IMG/VR virus record: IMGVR_UViG_3300025674_000055
Location: 1-54,122 of that record
From: a virus
Taxonomy: Duplodnaviria; Caudoviricetes
Strand: one strand, 5' to 3'
Length of the DNA stretch: 54,122 bases
Shown in pieces: positions 18,110-27,876 of the stretch. The notes beneath the pieces are model-generated. The model was not told the DNA's origin, did not search any database, and saw only the letters and a list, made by a program, of their open reading frames with translations. The translations under genes were made by a program, and so were the position numbers. How positions within the stretch are numbered: position 1 is the stretch's first letter; the number at the start of each line of letters is the position of its first letter.

Positions 18110-20135
18110 GCCAGTTAGGCCCGATCTTAGCTTCAAGAAGTAGCGGTACGTTAAAGTCTAGTTGCCATTTACTGTTCACAATCTTTAGCAGATTTCTGTT
18201 AGCTGTGTCAATAACCTTGAGCACCATTTTTACTTCATCAGGATGCACATCAATCACGATACTGTCATGCACTGTGTTGACGATGCAGCTTTGAAGTTTG
18301 TTAGCCTCAAGAAGTTTGTCGATGTAGATCAACGACACAGGAACGATATCCGCTGTAGCAAATGATTGCACAGGGAAGTTCTTGATCTGTGTGAAGTATG
18401 TAACTCCACCATACCTACGCCGCTGTACATCTGGAAAAGCAAACTCTCTGCCAGATGGTGTCGTAATCTTTCCTGTACTCAGTGCCTCCTTTGCTAGTGC
18501 TTCGTGCCATTTACCAATACCAGAATACTTTTCAGTGAACTGCTTGTAGTATGCAGCCTCTGCTGGTGTACGACCAAATCCACTAGCACCATACAAAGGA
18601 GCAAAGGTATGTGCCTTCGCTTCCTGACGTGACATCTTCTGACCTGCATCGGAAATAACCTTTGCAGTGTAGCTGTGCACATCGAAACCTGTGGTCACTT
18701 CCTCAATCGCAGTATCGTCTTGGCTAAGATATGCAGCCACACGAAACTCCAACTGTGCGAAGTCAGCTTCCATAATCTGTCCACCTTCCCAGCGTGACAC
18801 AAACACTTTCTTCACAGGAAATGTACCGCCACGTGGCATGTTCTGCATGTTAGGATCAGCACCAGACAGACGACCTGTTGCTGTCCTGTGCTGCAACAAT
18901 CTCACGTGCAGCTTACCATCCTGCTTTGTGTGAGTGGCAATGCCATCTACGAAGCTTGAGAGATAAGTATCAACAGCAGAAAGCCTACGTACTCGCTGTA
19001 GAAAGAGTGCTGCATCATCCATGCTGCGAGACTTTGCAATTCCCTCAAGGAAGGTGAGGTTGTCTTTACTTGTGCTGAATCCATTTGCGCTTATCCAATT
19101 ATGATCTGGTGCATTAAACTTTAATCCTGCGATTGTACGCTTATCGTCCACAAACAAATAACCAGAGCCATCACACTCTGAACACTTGGTTGCTTTGGCG
19201 AATGGCGTACCATCCTTCTTAGTCTTATGCACCTTGCCTACGCCCTTACATGGCTGACACTGGTGTGCCTTCTGCCGATATAGAACATCTGTGTGTCGCT
19301 TCACTGTGCTGTTGAACTCACGTGCATCCATACGATTATCAAACAGAGAAGGCCATGTCTTTTTATCCTGAGGTGCACGGCTGTAGATAACCCAAGACAA
19401 CTGCTCTGGTGAATTGAGATTGATAGGACGATCACCCATCAACTCACGTGCCTGTGCCTCAAGCTGGTGCAACAGTTCCTGCTTCTCCTGCTCAAACTCT
19501 TTACGCACATCTTCCAATGCGTCTAAGTTAACGGCAAATCCTCTCTGATAAATCTTAGCCAAGTGCTTAGCAATACGATTGGTGAACAGCATTGTGTTAT
19601 TCAATGGAGCATCAGTGGTTGTGTATCGATCACGAAGCCTACGAAACAACTGCTGTGTTGCATGTAGATCGTGAGACAGATACTCAGATAGCTCTGCGTG
19701 TGGAATATCACGAACAGAATAGCCTTGTTTGAAATACTCCTTCAGCGTGTCCTGCTTCTGCACAGCCAACTGATAACGTTCAGCACATGCCTCAAGTGAC
19801 AGTGGCTCTTTCTGTCCACGCTGTAGGACATACTCCATCAACATCGTGTCGGCTATGTCACCATCATATGTGAAGCCTGATTCCCACAGCCACAGAAGAT
19901 CGTGTGCTGCGTTGTGACAAATGAGAAGGGAGGTGCCATCCAGTTTGTCTTGGACAATGCGCCTCCCTTCTTGTGTGGGTTTATGCTCTGCATGATCGAA
20001 TGTTACAATGTCTTCGTTCCCATCATCATCTAGCATACCCACCATAACAAGTGTGTTCTCTGGTTCGAATGGATCAAGATGCATCTTTCCATTGCGTTCC
20101 ACAACAGTGTTCTCTACGTCGAGTGTTAGTATCAT
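18087..20135 (-). CDS. polA: Family A DNA polymerase with DnaJ-like Zn-finger insert (HMO-2011 type)
   Basis: Exonuclease LDVE/HNAAHD, TGRLS, DFAQLEFR, HDSIV; CQPCKGVG...CSECDGSG insert. Confidence 0.97.
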   Translation of the reverse strand: MILTLDVENTVVERNGKMHLDPFEPENTLVMVGMLDDDGNEDIVTFDHAEHKPTQEGRRIVQDKLDGTSLLICHNAAHDLLWLWESGFTYDGDIADTMLMEYVLQRGQKEPLSLEACAERYQLAVQKQDTLKEYFKQGYSVRDIPHAELSEYLSHDLHATQQLFRRLRDRYTTTDAPLNNTMLFTNRIAKHLAKIYQRGFAVNLDALEDVRKEFEQEKQELLHQLEAQARELMGDRPINLNSPEQLSWVIYSRAPQDKKTWPSLFDNRMDAREFNSTVKRHTDVLYRQKAHQCQPCKGVGKVHKTKKDGTPFAKATKCSECDGSGYLFVDDKRTIAGLKFNAPDHNWISANGFSTSKDNLTFLEGIAKSRSMDDAALFLQRVRRLSAVDTYLSSFVDGIATHTKQDGKLHVRLLQHRTATGRLSGADPNMQNMPRGGTFPVKKVFVSRWEGGQIMEADFAQLEFRVAAYLSQDDTAIEEVTTGFDVHSYTAKVISDAGQKMSRQEAKAHTFAPLYGASGFGRTPAEAAYYKQFTEKYSGIGKWHEALAKEALSTGKITTPSGREFAFPDVQRRRYGGVTYFTQIKNFPVQSFATADIVPVSLIYIDKLLEANKLQSCIVNTVHDSIVIDVHPDEVKMVLKVIDTANRNLLKIVNSKWQLDFNVPLLLEAKIGPNWLDTKDVA

Positions 20136-20150
20136 GTCGGCTCCTTCCAG

Positions 20151-20342
20151 TCATGGCGACCAGTATTCCATAGTAGGGTCTATCAAATTATTGTAGTGCT
20201 CGTCAAGTGCCCTCTGAAAGTCACGATCATCTGCATACATTTTAATAGCACTCAACACTTCAGTGAGTGTCATGTCATACTTCTTCATAGCTTCGCTAAC
20301 TTTAACTAGCTCAGTCTCGTCTGGTAGAACCCATTTTGCCAT
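20151..20342 (-). CDS. Hypothetical protein
   Basis: GGAGG RBS before MAKW. Confidence 0.65.
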   Translation of the reverse strand: MAKWVLPDETELVKVSEAMKKYDMTLTEVLSAIKMYADDRDFQRALDEHYNNLIDPTMEYWSP

Positions 20343-20580
20343 AGCAACCTCCATTAATTAATCGTGTATAGAATGCCCCTTCAGGGCTACGTAATGCAGC
20401 CATCAAGTCTAGTAGCTGCTGATATGAAATAGCAATCACACTGTCACCCAACAACTCATCATCTTGTGTGATGTAAACAGTGTTGTCATCACCTATTACT
20501 AATCTGATGTCTGCGAACTCTGCTGCTTCGTCAAGCGAGACGATGATTGCTGAGTCTGGTTCGAACTCGACTGTGTACAT
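20311..20580 (-). CDS. Hypothetical protein
   Basis: ORF in operon context, AAGG RBS. Confidence 0.7.
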   Translation of the reverse strand: MYTVEFEPDSAIIVSLDEAAEFADIRLVIGDDNTVYITQDDELLGDSVIAISYQQLLDLMAALRSPEGAFYTRLINGGCYGKMGSTRRD

Positions 20581-20667
20581 TCTTTATCGTCCTTCAAAAA
20601 CTGATTGGCTCTATCGACAAACCACTCATTTGGTAACGGCTTACGCCCTTCAGGTAACTTACCCATC

Positions 20668-20847
20668 TTATACTGTCTCCATGTTATACTCTACAACCCA
20701 GCCCGTGTTCCAGTTTTTAGCAGCGTCATCTGCTTCCTGCTTAGTGTCAAATACACATGGCTTGCTGTAATATGTGAAAGGATTATCATGTGATAGATAC
20801 ATCCATTCACCCTCATCCACCTCTATCATCACTGCATACTTAGTCAT
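20668..20847 (-). CDS. Hypothetical protein (59 aa; not in ORF track)
   Basis: Hand translation MTKYAVMIEVDEGEWMY...WNTGWVVEYNMETV; GGAGG RBS. Confidence 0.65.
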   Translation of the reverse strand: MTKYAVMIEVDEGEWMYLSHDNPFTYYSKPCVFDTKQEADDAAKNWNTGWVVEYNMETV

Positions 20848-21466
20848 TCATCAATGCCTCCCATGATACAGGGAATAGATCCCCCATCACCTTGCTGATC
20901 TGGTCAGCCACAATGCGTGTCTCGTACTGTGTGTCAGGTGCACAGCGTAGTACACACATAGCAGCGAAGGCATCAAGGCTACCGCTCCACCACCATTCTG
21001 TCATGGTGGATTGTGGAAGAACCATACGGGCTTGCTCAGGTGCTACACCCTCGTCAAGCAGTTGGTTGTACATGGCAAGGCACTTGTCATTATAGTATAA
21101 CATGTTTGCATTAGAATGTACCTCACCCTCGCTGCCCTGTTTCTTGTCAGCACTACGCCCACGCCAAACGTCAGGTACATAGAACTCTACGTTGTCATCT
21201 ACGTATCGCCTACTGATTTCGTTGACACGCAAGAACTTGTGCTTAACAAGTTGTGCCCTGATAAAGATAGGAGCCTTGACATGGAAGGATGCGAAGGCAT
21301 GGCCGAAGGGTGACAGGTGCTTGTGCTTTGCAAGGTAGCGGATCAGTTTGATGTCTTTGTCTTGGAATGCATCGTGCTTCTTACCAAAGCTGACCCGTGC
21401 TGCGTTCACAACAGACAGGTCAGAACCCATGTGGTCCTTAAGTGTTGCTTTGATACCAGCCATCAT
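20840..21466 (-). CDS. thyX: Flavin-dependent thymidylate synthase
   Basis: VVNAARVSF, HLSPF, QLVKHK-x7-SRRY, PEQARMVLP. Confidence 0.95.
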   Translation of the reverse strand: MMAGIKATLKDHMGSDLSVVNAARVSFGKKHDAFQDKDIKLIRYLAKHKHLSPFGHAFASFHVKAPIFIRAQLVKHKFLRVNEISRRYVDDNVEFYVPDVWRGRSADKKQGSEGEVHSNANMLYYNDKCLAMYNQLLDEGVAPEQARMVLPQSTMTEWWWSGSLDAFAAMCVLRCAPDTQYETRIVADQISKVMGDLFPVSWEALMND

Positions 21467-21756
21467 AATACATCCCCCAATACTCTATCCCAAGCCTTAT
21501 TCATTAGCCGACCCTGATCGTAATAGTAATTGGTAGTGTAATACTGTAACACTCGGATAGTAGATTTCCCATCGTGATACAACTCAATCAGGTCTGTCTG
21601 TTGGATAGGTGACAGGTTCTTGATGTTAAGCAGGCGCTCCACTTCAGCGCAGATACTCTCAAGGCTGTCCTCTAGTCCGACGACTACAAAGTCAGTGAAG
21701 ATATCATCACCACCATCAAGCAGTCGTGCTACCAGTTTCTCTTTAGCTGTTGTCAT
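21463..21756 (-). CDS. Hypothetical protein
   Basis: AAGGAGG RBS before MTTAK. Confidence 0.7.
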   Translation of the reverse strand: MTTAKEKLVARLLDGGDDIFTDFVVVGLEDSLESICAEVERLLNIKNLSPIQQTDLIELYHDGKSTIRVLQYYTTNYYYDQGRLMNKAWDRVLGDVL

Positions 21757-21967
21757 CTTCCGCCTCCTTGCTCTTTCCGTATTCAATCAGATGGGTCAGT
21801 GCATCATGAATGTCCAGCCCATATGCAGCACAGGTTATGACTAGCTCCAGCCCCAACTCAGTGATCTTCTTGCTGGACGCATCGTCAAGGTCGAAAGTGT
21901 AGGTGTCTGAACCATCCTCATGTTCTACTGTGTCAGTGATTAAAATCCTTGCCAGATCGTCACTCAT
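21743..21967 (-). CDS. Hypothetical protein
   Basis: EHEDGS motif; operon context. Confidence 0.7.
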   Translation of the reverse strand: MSDDLARILITDTVEHEDGSDTYTFDLDDASSKKITELGLELVITCAAYGLDIHDALTHLIEYGKSKEAEDDNS

Positions 21968-21991
21968 CCCCGATCCTCTCCGTTTGGTTGG

Positions 21992-23215
21992 TCATGCTAC
22001 GTATCTCGCAATCTTGTATTCCAAATCACAATGCACAATGCCGTGCCAGCCAGATAGTTTGTTCTTCACCACATTCAAGTGCCGCTGCAAGTCTTCCTCG
22101 TCCTGTCCCTCTACTGGTGGGTTCTTAGAAATCATAATCATAAGGTCTGCCTCTGCTGCCTTACCAGTTCGACTGCCTTCCATCATAGCTTGGTTCAACA
22201 CCACCTTACCCTCTGCCTCTGCACTAAGCTGAGACATGTAGAATATAGCACACTCATACTGTTTTGCAATCTGCCGTGCATGAATGGCATTTGCTTTCAG
22301 TGCCTCATCAGGACGTGCATAGCCCGCTGTCTTGGCAAACTTGTCACCCATATCAAGGATCACAATGTCAGGCTTGTATGACTTGCACACGCTCTCTACC
22401 CATGCCATGTCACGACCAGTTGCATCCTTGAATTTGATGTTGTCACGAATGCGATTGTATTGTGCCATAGCTGCGTCTTTGTTCTTGGCAATCTCATACT
22501 TGTCCATGCCACATGCTGCCGTGATGTAACGCTGTGCCACACGATGGTAGCCTTCTTCGTTACACAGGATTACACACTTGGCACCCTGCCATGCAAATCC
22601 ATCTGGACCTGCAATCAGTGACGCATGGAACGAAGTCTTACCCGTATTAGGACGGGCACCTACCTCGACCAAGTGACCAGCGTTGATGCCTTCCACCTTG
22701 CGTGTCAGCGTAGGAATGTTGAAGTGCCAACGTGCTTCCATATCATTCATAGCCATGATGGTATCAAGTGAGATGTCTTCCCACTCGACATTCAGGTTTG
22801 GAGTGAAGTCATCACCATACTGCTCAAGCAGAATACGCAAAGGCTCAAGGCTACCTTTGCTGCCATTCACATAATCAAACCCAAGGTTGGCAATGTCTTC
22901 GCCAACAACTTGCTGAAACAGCTTGGATAATACCTCTTGTGCAATGTCACTGCCCATAGGCTGTTCTTTTTTAATCTGATTAAACAGGGAACTGTAGGCT
23001 TGCTTCTGTGCTGTAGTCATTGTCGGATTGTTCGACATGAACAATGCTTCAATCTCGTCAGGTGTAACAGTGCGACTGTAGCGATCCATCGCTGCGTCAA
23101 TAGTCTGCTTGATCTTGCGAACATCCTTGCTGAACAGACGATCAGGGCAACGTGCACCCCGGTGATCGTCATAGAATGTTTTGTCCATCAAGCTACGGAC
23201 CAATGATAATTCCAT
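21992..23215 (-). CDS. DnaB-like (SF4) replicative helicase
   Basis: GARPNTGKT Walker A, ILD, SQLS, KNK motifs. Confidence 0.92.
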   Translation of the reverse strand: MELSLVRSLMDKTFYDDHRGARCPDRLFSKDVRKIKQTIDAAMDRYSRTVTPDEIEALFMSNNPTMTTAQKQAYSSLFNQIKKEQPMGSDIAQEVLSKLFQQVVGEDIANLGFDYVNGSKGSLEPLRILLEQYGDDFTPNLNVEWEDISLDTIMAMNDMEARWHFNIPTLTRKVEGINAGHLVEVGARPNTGKTSFHASLIAGPDGFAWQGAKCVILCNEEGYHRVAQRYITAACGMDKYEIAKNKDAAMAQYNRIRDNIKFKDATGRDMAWVESVCKSYKPDIVILDMGDKFAKTAGYARPDEALKANAIHARQIAKQYECAIFYMSQLSAEAEGKVVLNQAMMEGSRTGKAAEADLMIMISKNPPVEGQDEEDLQRHLNVVKNKLSGWHGIVHCDLEYKIARYVA

Positions 23216-23216
23216 G

Positions 23217-23978
23217 TCAGGCTCCTAGTGTTGTAAGGTTTTCAATGTCGGTAGGGTTACGATACTTCAGGTCATCGTGTAGTCGCAGCACTTTCACTGT
23301 GTCTACATAACCTCTTAACTCTTTCGCAAATTGCAGTGTCTTCGGGAGTGCGTCAGGGTCAAGCGCAATCACTGCTGTTGAGAACTGTGCAAGATGCCTC
23401 TTGTGATAATCAGATAGTGATGTGCCCAACACTGCTATCCCGACATACACATCACCACCTACAATAGCGGCACTCACACAGTCCTCAACAACAACCGCAG
23501 TTGTACCATGCCCCCACGAGTATGGCAAGCTGCTTTTTCCATAGCGTTTCCACTTAGGTAAGCGGTGTGACAATGATCTACCAGTAGCATCCACCATCAC
23601 ACTGCCTTGCATGACAGGGAACACAACTCTGTTCTCCTTCACATCATACAACAAGCCCAGTTCGTCAGCATCCAACTCCCACTGATCGCAGAAGGATGCG
23701 ATGCTGTCGTTATCTTTCACAAGCCACTCAGGCTTATCGAATGACCCAGAGTGTGTCTCTTCTGCAACACTACCAAGAGACTTACGAATATCCTCACTGG
23801 TAAGACGCACTCTCGTGCCACCACTAAGAGTGCAGCTAGCTTTGTAGCAGTTCCATACAAGAGAACCCATGTTGTTCGTCACAGTAAAGGTCTTGTATCC
23901 TCCACATGAAGGACAGTTAAGACGCTTAGTCTCACCATTACTTAGTGATAGATCATTTATATATTCTCTTATATTCAT
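23217..23978 (-). CDS. DNA primase (Zn finger + TOPRIM)
   Basis: CPSC...CYKASC; VVED, ALDPDA. Confidence 0.88.
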   Translation of the reverse strand: MNIREYINDLSLSNGETKRLNCPSCGGYKTFTVTNNMGSLVWNCYKASCTLSGGTRVRLTSEDIRKSLGSVAEETHSGSFDKPEWLVKDNDSIASFCDQWELDADELGLLYDVKENRVVFPVMQGSVMVDATGRSLSHRLPKWKRYGKSSLPYSWGHGTTAVVVEDCVSAAIVGGDVYVGIAVLGTSLSDYHKRHLAQFSTAVIALDPDALPKTLQFAKELRGYVDTVKVLRLHDDLKYRNPTDIENLTTLGA

Positions 23979-23996
23979 TGTATATCACTTTCAATG

Positions 23997-25100
23997 TTAC
24001 TCACATACGCTCGATTTTACCGATACGTTTCTGCGTGTCAAGGCATTATTCGCACTGTCGAAGGTATGCTTCATGTATGGTCGCACAGATGCAACATGAT
24101 TGTGTCCAGTCACCGACATGATCTGTGGCAATGGCACACCCTTGTCAACCATCTGTGTCACTCCTGTTCTACGTAAGTCCATGAGACGTAGCTCTTCAGG
24201 TAGGTCAGCCTCTCGCATGATACGTCTACCTACTTTCGACAGACGTTCCATACGATAGGGTGTGAACACTCCACGTTCAGGCTTAGGATATGGTGCAACA
24301 TACTTCTGAAAACCAAAGTCAGCTTTCTGCTGTGACAGCATGTAGTGCAGGTCATCTGAGATAGGCAGAAAAACTTCTGCTCTACGCTTGCTTTGTTCCA
24401 GATGTAGTTGCCTCTCGTCCAAGTCTATGTTATCCCATGTTAGCATCCTCATGTCACCCAAACGTTGGCACCACTCGTATGCCATGTGTATTATGATTCC
24501 CACGTTACGATAGTCAAAACTAGAATAAGCAACATCAAGGAAAGAGATAACATGTTCATGCTCCCACACTACTTTGCGCTGCTTAGGCTGCTTGCGCTTT
24601 ATGTTTCCAAATGGATTCACGAAAGCTTCTTCCATCGTGATCGCATAGTTATACACTCGACTAGCAGAGGTAGCCACGTGATTCGCAAAGCTGACACCCC
24701 GCTTCACCCATTCCTCATACACCTGCTTTGCAACCTTAGATGTAACAGACTGATACTTTCTGGTGCCAAGCTTGTCACATAATTCAGTGAGACAATACCT
24801 GTAATCTGCTTTAGTTGTCTCACGTAACATGTTGAAATCATTAGACTGATAATAGAACTCGACAAGATCAGACACAGTGCTGCTGTTGTTTAGCTTCACA
24901 ATCTGTGATTGAACATCACGATACTGATCGATGGCATCGTTATACTGTCGTGCAAGCTTACGCATCTCACGCACATCACTTGGCATCTCGCCACGAGTCA
25001 CAAGCCCTGCGTCTACCCACTTCTGTGGTGGGTTGTAACGGAAAGAGATGTCACCCGAAGGTGACACCCGTCGTTGCACATAGCGTGGCAGCTTTACCAT
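23997..25100 (-). CDS. Tyrosine recombinase / integrase
   Basis: QRLGD (R), QSK, MDLRRT, TGH, PY catalytic set. Confidence 0.9.
   Translation of the reverse strand: MVKLPRYVQRRVSPSGDISFRYNPPQKWVDAGLVTRGEMPSDVREMRKLARQYNDAIDQYRDVQSQIVKLNNSSTVSDLVEFYYQSNDFNMLRETTKADYRYCLTELCDKLGTRKYQSVTSKVAKQVYEEWVKRGVSFANHVATSASRVYNYAITMEEAFVNPFGNIKRKQPKQRKVVWEHEHVISFLDVAYSSFDYRNVGIIIHMAYEWCQRLGDMRMLTWDNIDLDERQLHLEQSKRRAEVFLPISDDLHYMLSQQKADFGFQKYVAPYPKPERGVFTPYRMERLSKVGRRIMREADLPEELRLMDLRRTGVTQMVDKGVPLPQIMSVTGHNHVASVRPYMKHTFDSANNALTRRNVSVKSSVCE
24014..24041 (-). promoter_or_regulatory. Sigma70-type promoter for primase-helicase, inside the integrase 3' end
   Basis: TTGACA-N16-TAAAAT. Confidence 0.6.
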
Positions 25101-25933
25101 TACGCTGCTTCCAGCATCTTGAAGCGATCATCACTGATCCACTTGCTTACCTCTTGCTCACGTGACCACATGCTGATTGCCTGTGTGTCGTTGCCAGTGT
25201 TACGCAGATTGAAACCATTACGTTCATCTGCATACGATGCGTAGTTTGTAAAGGCACTATACAATGCCCACTTGTTGTGACCACGCACTGATGCCTCTTG
25301 CATATACAAGCTATACATACGCTCTGCCTTGCGCTCAGAGCCAAGCATCTCTTCAAGCAGTGACGATACGTTCACATACTTGAGGCTTGTCTGTGCCCAC
25401 ACCTGCAACTCCTGTGACTGCTTCTTGAAGTCAGTCTGCGCACGATTCAGTTCATAGATGAAACTGTCCATCGTGAAGTTGGCAGTGTTCTTACGGCGCA
25501 CCTTGTCATAGTCTCCACGAATCATGCCATTGGTGCAGAAGAAATCGATCTGTCCAAAGAACACTTGATTGCTGCACGTGCCATCAATGCCATGCAGTGA
25601 GATGATTCGCTGTGCCACCTCAGTCTCGTGCTTGTCAGTCGCAATGACAGACTTAGTGTTAGGGAATGTAACATCCATCATAGTCCATGCACCATTACGT
25701 GCAGTGCGCCACTTGAACTTCGCAGTGCTGATCGCATCATCACCTAGTTCTTCCGTGAGTGTATCCACAACACCACTATAAAAGTCACGATGATTAGCGC
25801 AGTTAAACTTGTGTCCGACAATTCCAAGGTATTCTCCAGTCTTGCTGTTGATGACATACTTCTTGTCACTCACTTTGGTTTCTTCGAAAGCCACATCGAA
25901 GTCGAGGTATTCGGGAATCATGTCAAAAGCCAT
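25100..25933 (-). CDS. DUF932 family protein
   Basis: LGIVG, HGIDG.CS, FFCTNGM, WALYSAFT; AAGGAG RBS before MAFD. Confidence 0.8.
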   Translation of the reverse strand: MAFDMIPEYLDFDVAFEETKVSDKKYVINSKTGEYLGIVGHKFNCANHRDFYSGVVDTLTEELGDDAISTAKFKWRTARNGAWTMMDVTFPNTKSVIATDKHETEVAQRIISLHGIDGTCSNQVFFGQIDFFCTNGMIRGDYDKVRRKNTANFTMDSFIYELNRAQTDFKKQSQELQVWAQTSLKYVNVSSLLEEMLGSERKAERMYSLYMQEASVRGHNKWALYSAFTNYASYADERNGFNLRNTGNDTQAISMWSREQEVSKWISDDRFKMLEAA

Positions 25934-25998
25934 ATCGGTTCTCCTTTGGTTTACGTTTGGCAACTGTGCCATAGTTATGTAGATAGTTCAACACTAAA

Positions 25999-26397
25999 CT
26001 AATACGAATAGAACTTGTGTGTCCCATATGTAACAGTGTGGTTGAACTCTTCTGCCCAGTATGGGCTGACATAGTTAGCATGATAGAACAGTGCACCATC
26101 CGTAATGTCATCCACTATTCCATCAAGCACATCACGAGCGATTAGCTGGGCTTCTTCCCATGCTCGTGCGTTAGCGGGTCGTTCAGGTTTACCATCACAA
26201 TACCAACTGAACTGACACTGATGTAGTTCAGTGCTATGTCTCTGCTTTACTACAGCACACACAGTGTCTGGGAATCTGTCATGCGCAACACGATTCATCA
26301 CAACATGTGCAACGGCATACTTGCCCATCATGCCCTCACCACGTGCTTCGTAATACACATTCATGGCTAAGCATATAAGTGCTGTGTTAAGTAGCAT
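25999..26397 (-). CDS. Cell wall hydrolase (SleB / Hydrolase_2)
   Basis: CLAMNVYYEARGE, NRV...FP.TVC, CQFSW, HKFY. Confidence 0.92.
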   Translation of the reverse strand: MLLNTALICLAMNVYYEARGEGMMGKYAVAHVVMNRVAHDRFPDTVCAVVKQRHSTELHQCQFSWYCDGKPERPANARAWEEAQLIARDVLDGIVDDITDGALFYHANYVSPYWAEEFNHTVTYGTHKFYSY

Positions 26398-26896
26398 GAT
26401 CCTTGTCCTCAAACCATTCTGGCACAGGTCTGCTAGACCATACCATGTGGAAGCGTTGTTGCTTAGTCTTGTAGAACTTGCGGTAACTTTCAACAGGCCA
26501 CGGCTCATGTGATCTAAGATGCACATGATCCCCGAAACACTCAGGGTGATCTGTCATGCCTACATCATCAAGCATCCATGTTGCATCAGACAGTGCTGGT
26601 AGCAGCCGCTCTGACGCATGGTATTTGCCATAGCGATGTGTGTATTCATGTAGCATAGCACGAAACAGATGCAGGGAATACATGTAGTTTGAACGAGACA
26701 TGCCAGCCCACAGTGTGCAGGGATGGTTCTTATGTGCTACACGATACAGGCCATACTTGTCTGCATAGTCAGGGTCAAGCTGACGCACTACAGTAGACAG
26801 CATCTGTGCCTCTTCTAGCGGCATCTTAACTACGTGCTTGTCACACAGTGACTGTGCGATAGCTTCTGGTGTGTGGTCAATAATAAATCGGTTCAT
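26387..26896 (-). CDS. Pyrimidine dimer DNA glycosylase (DenV-like)
   Basis: DKHVVKMPLE.AQMLS, HKNHPCTLW, EYTHRYGK.H. Confidence 0.85.
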   Translation of the reverse strand: MNRFIIDHTPEAIAQSLCDKHVVKMPLEEAQMLSTVVRQLDPDYADKYGLYRVAHKNHPCTLWAGMSRSNYMYSLHLFRAMLHEYTHRYGKYHASERLLPALSDATWMLDDVGMTDHPECFGDHVHLRSHEPWPVESYRKFYKTKQQRFHMVWSSRPVPEWFEDKDHAT

Positions 26897-27197
26897 CTGC
26901 ATTTCTCCGGTTAGGTCCAACGTTGGACTTAGTTTGCTTCTCGAACACAACATCCTTACGCACTCGCCAATATACCCAGCTTAGCTGGCAGTGATGGCGT
27001 TCACGAAACACATAACGTGCAACAAAGTCTATGATGGGAACAAAGTTAAACTTACCCTCACGTTTCCACCCATAGTTACGGGCACTGAATGTCTGATTGC
27101 TAGGACCAAATGTGATCACATTGAATAGCACAGACAGAGCTATGCCTATTCGCTTTAGGTAATCGATCAAGGTTCTTCCATTCATCGCAGGGATCAT
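26877..27197 (-). CDS. Hypothetical membrane-associated protein
   Basis: ALSVLFNV..G.SNQTFSAR motif; C-terminus encoded by a palindrome copy. Confidence 0.7.
   Translation of the reverse strand: MIPAMNGRTLIDYLKRIGIALSVLFNVITFGPSNQTFSARNYGWKREGKFNFVPIIDFVARYVFRERHHCQLSWVYWRVRKDVVFEKQTKSNVGPNRRNADEPIYY
26911..26932. repeat. Early-region palindrome, copy 1
   Basis: TTAG-GTCCAACGTTGGAC-TTAG. Confidence 0.95.
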
Positions 27198-27199
27198 CC

Positions 27200-27439
27200 T
27201 CAGTTAATTGCCATTGGTGCTTCATAGATGTAGTCATACTCTTCATATTCCTCTGCTTCATACTCAGCCACAGACACAAGATCAATGTGCACAGCTTCAG
27301 GATAGTTGTGCCTAGCCAGCATGAAGGCAAAGTGAGTGGCAGTTTTCCAATCCTCAATCGATGGGTAAGTGTCATCCAGTTGAATGACACTCTCCACACC
27401 ATCGACTTCAAGTGTAATTTCGTAAGCATTAACTATCAT
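27200..27439 (-). CDS. Hypothetical acidic protein
   Basis: GGAG RBS before MIVN. Confidence 0.65.
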   Translation of the reverse strand: MIVNAYEITLEVDGVESVIQLDDTYPSIEDWKTATHFAFMLARHNYPEAVHIDLVSVAEYEAEEYEEYDYIYEAPMAIN

Positions 27440-27608
27440 TGTTTGCACTCCATCCTTTCATGCGATCAGGGTAGACAAGAAACAGATCATACTTGATGTA
27501 GTCTTTTTCTTTTTCAATGAAAGCCATTGCTCTTTCAGTTGTGCTGAACAACGTATCATCCCAAAAGAACCAGCCCATTGGTGTGTGACAAGCTACTTTA
27601 CATGGCAT
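27429..27608 (-). CDS. Hypothetical protein (59 aa; not in ORF track)
   Basis: Hand translation MPCKVACHTPMGWFFWDD...; AGGAG RBS. Confidence 0.55.
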   Translation of the reverse strand: MPCKVACHTPMGWFFWDDTLFSTTERAMAFIEKEKDYIKYDLFLVYPDRMKGWSANNDS

Positions 27609-27626
27609 CAGTTCATCTCCTGCTGT

Positions 27627-27875
27627 TCAAATGTTCACGTATTTATCCAGAAACTTTATCTCTAAAGTTATGTGAACATGATTAAAACTAGCGTAGATAC
27701 CGCTTAGCACATCGAATGCTTGAAAAACACTCTTGCGAAAAGCCTCAGTGTTTACATCATCACCCTGACTGAAAGGTATCTCAGTCAGAATCTCTTTTGT
27801 TTCGTTCTGTTCAAATGCATCTTCTACAGTGTAGACTGTGATGACAGCATCCGCAGTTTCGAACCAGATATTCAT
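27627..27875 (-). CDS. Hypothetical protein
   Basis: Starts just after the upstream stop. Confidence 0.65.
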   Translation of the reverse strand: MNIWFETADAVITVYTVEDAFEQNETKEILTEIPFSQGDDVNTEAFRKSVFQAFDVLSGIYASFNHVHITLEIKFLDKYVNI

Positions 27876-27876
27876 A

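Noticed and set aside
20500-20666. Possible small minus-strand ORF MGKLPEGRKPLPNEWF...
   Set aside because: Has an RBS-like GGAG but about half overlaps the next gene; too uncertain to annotate
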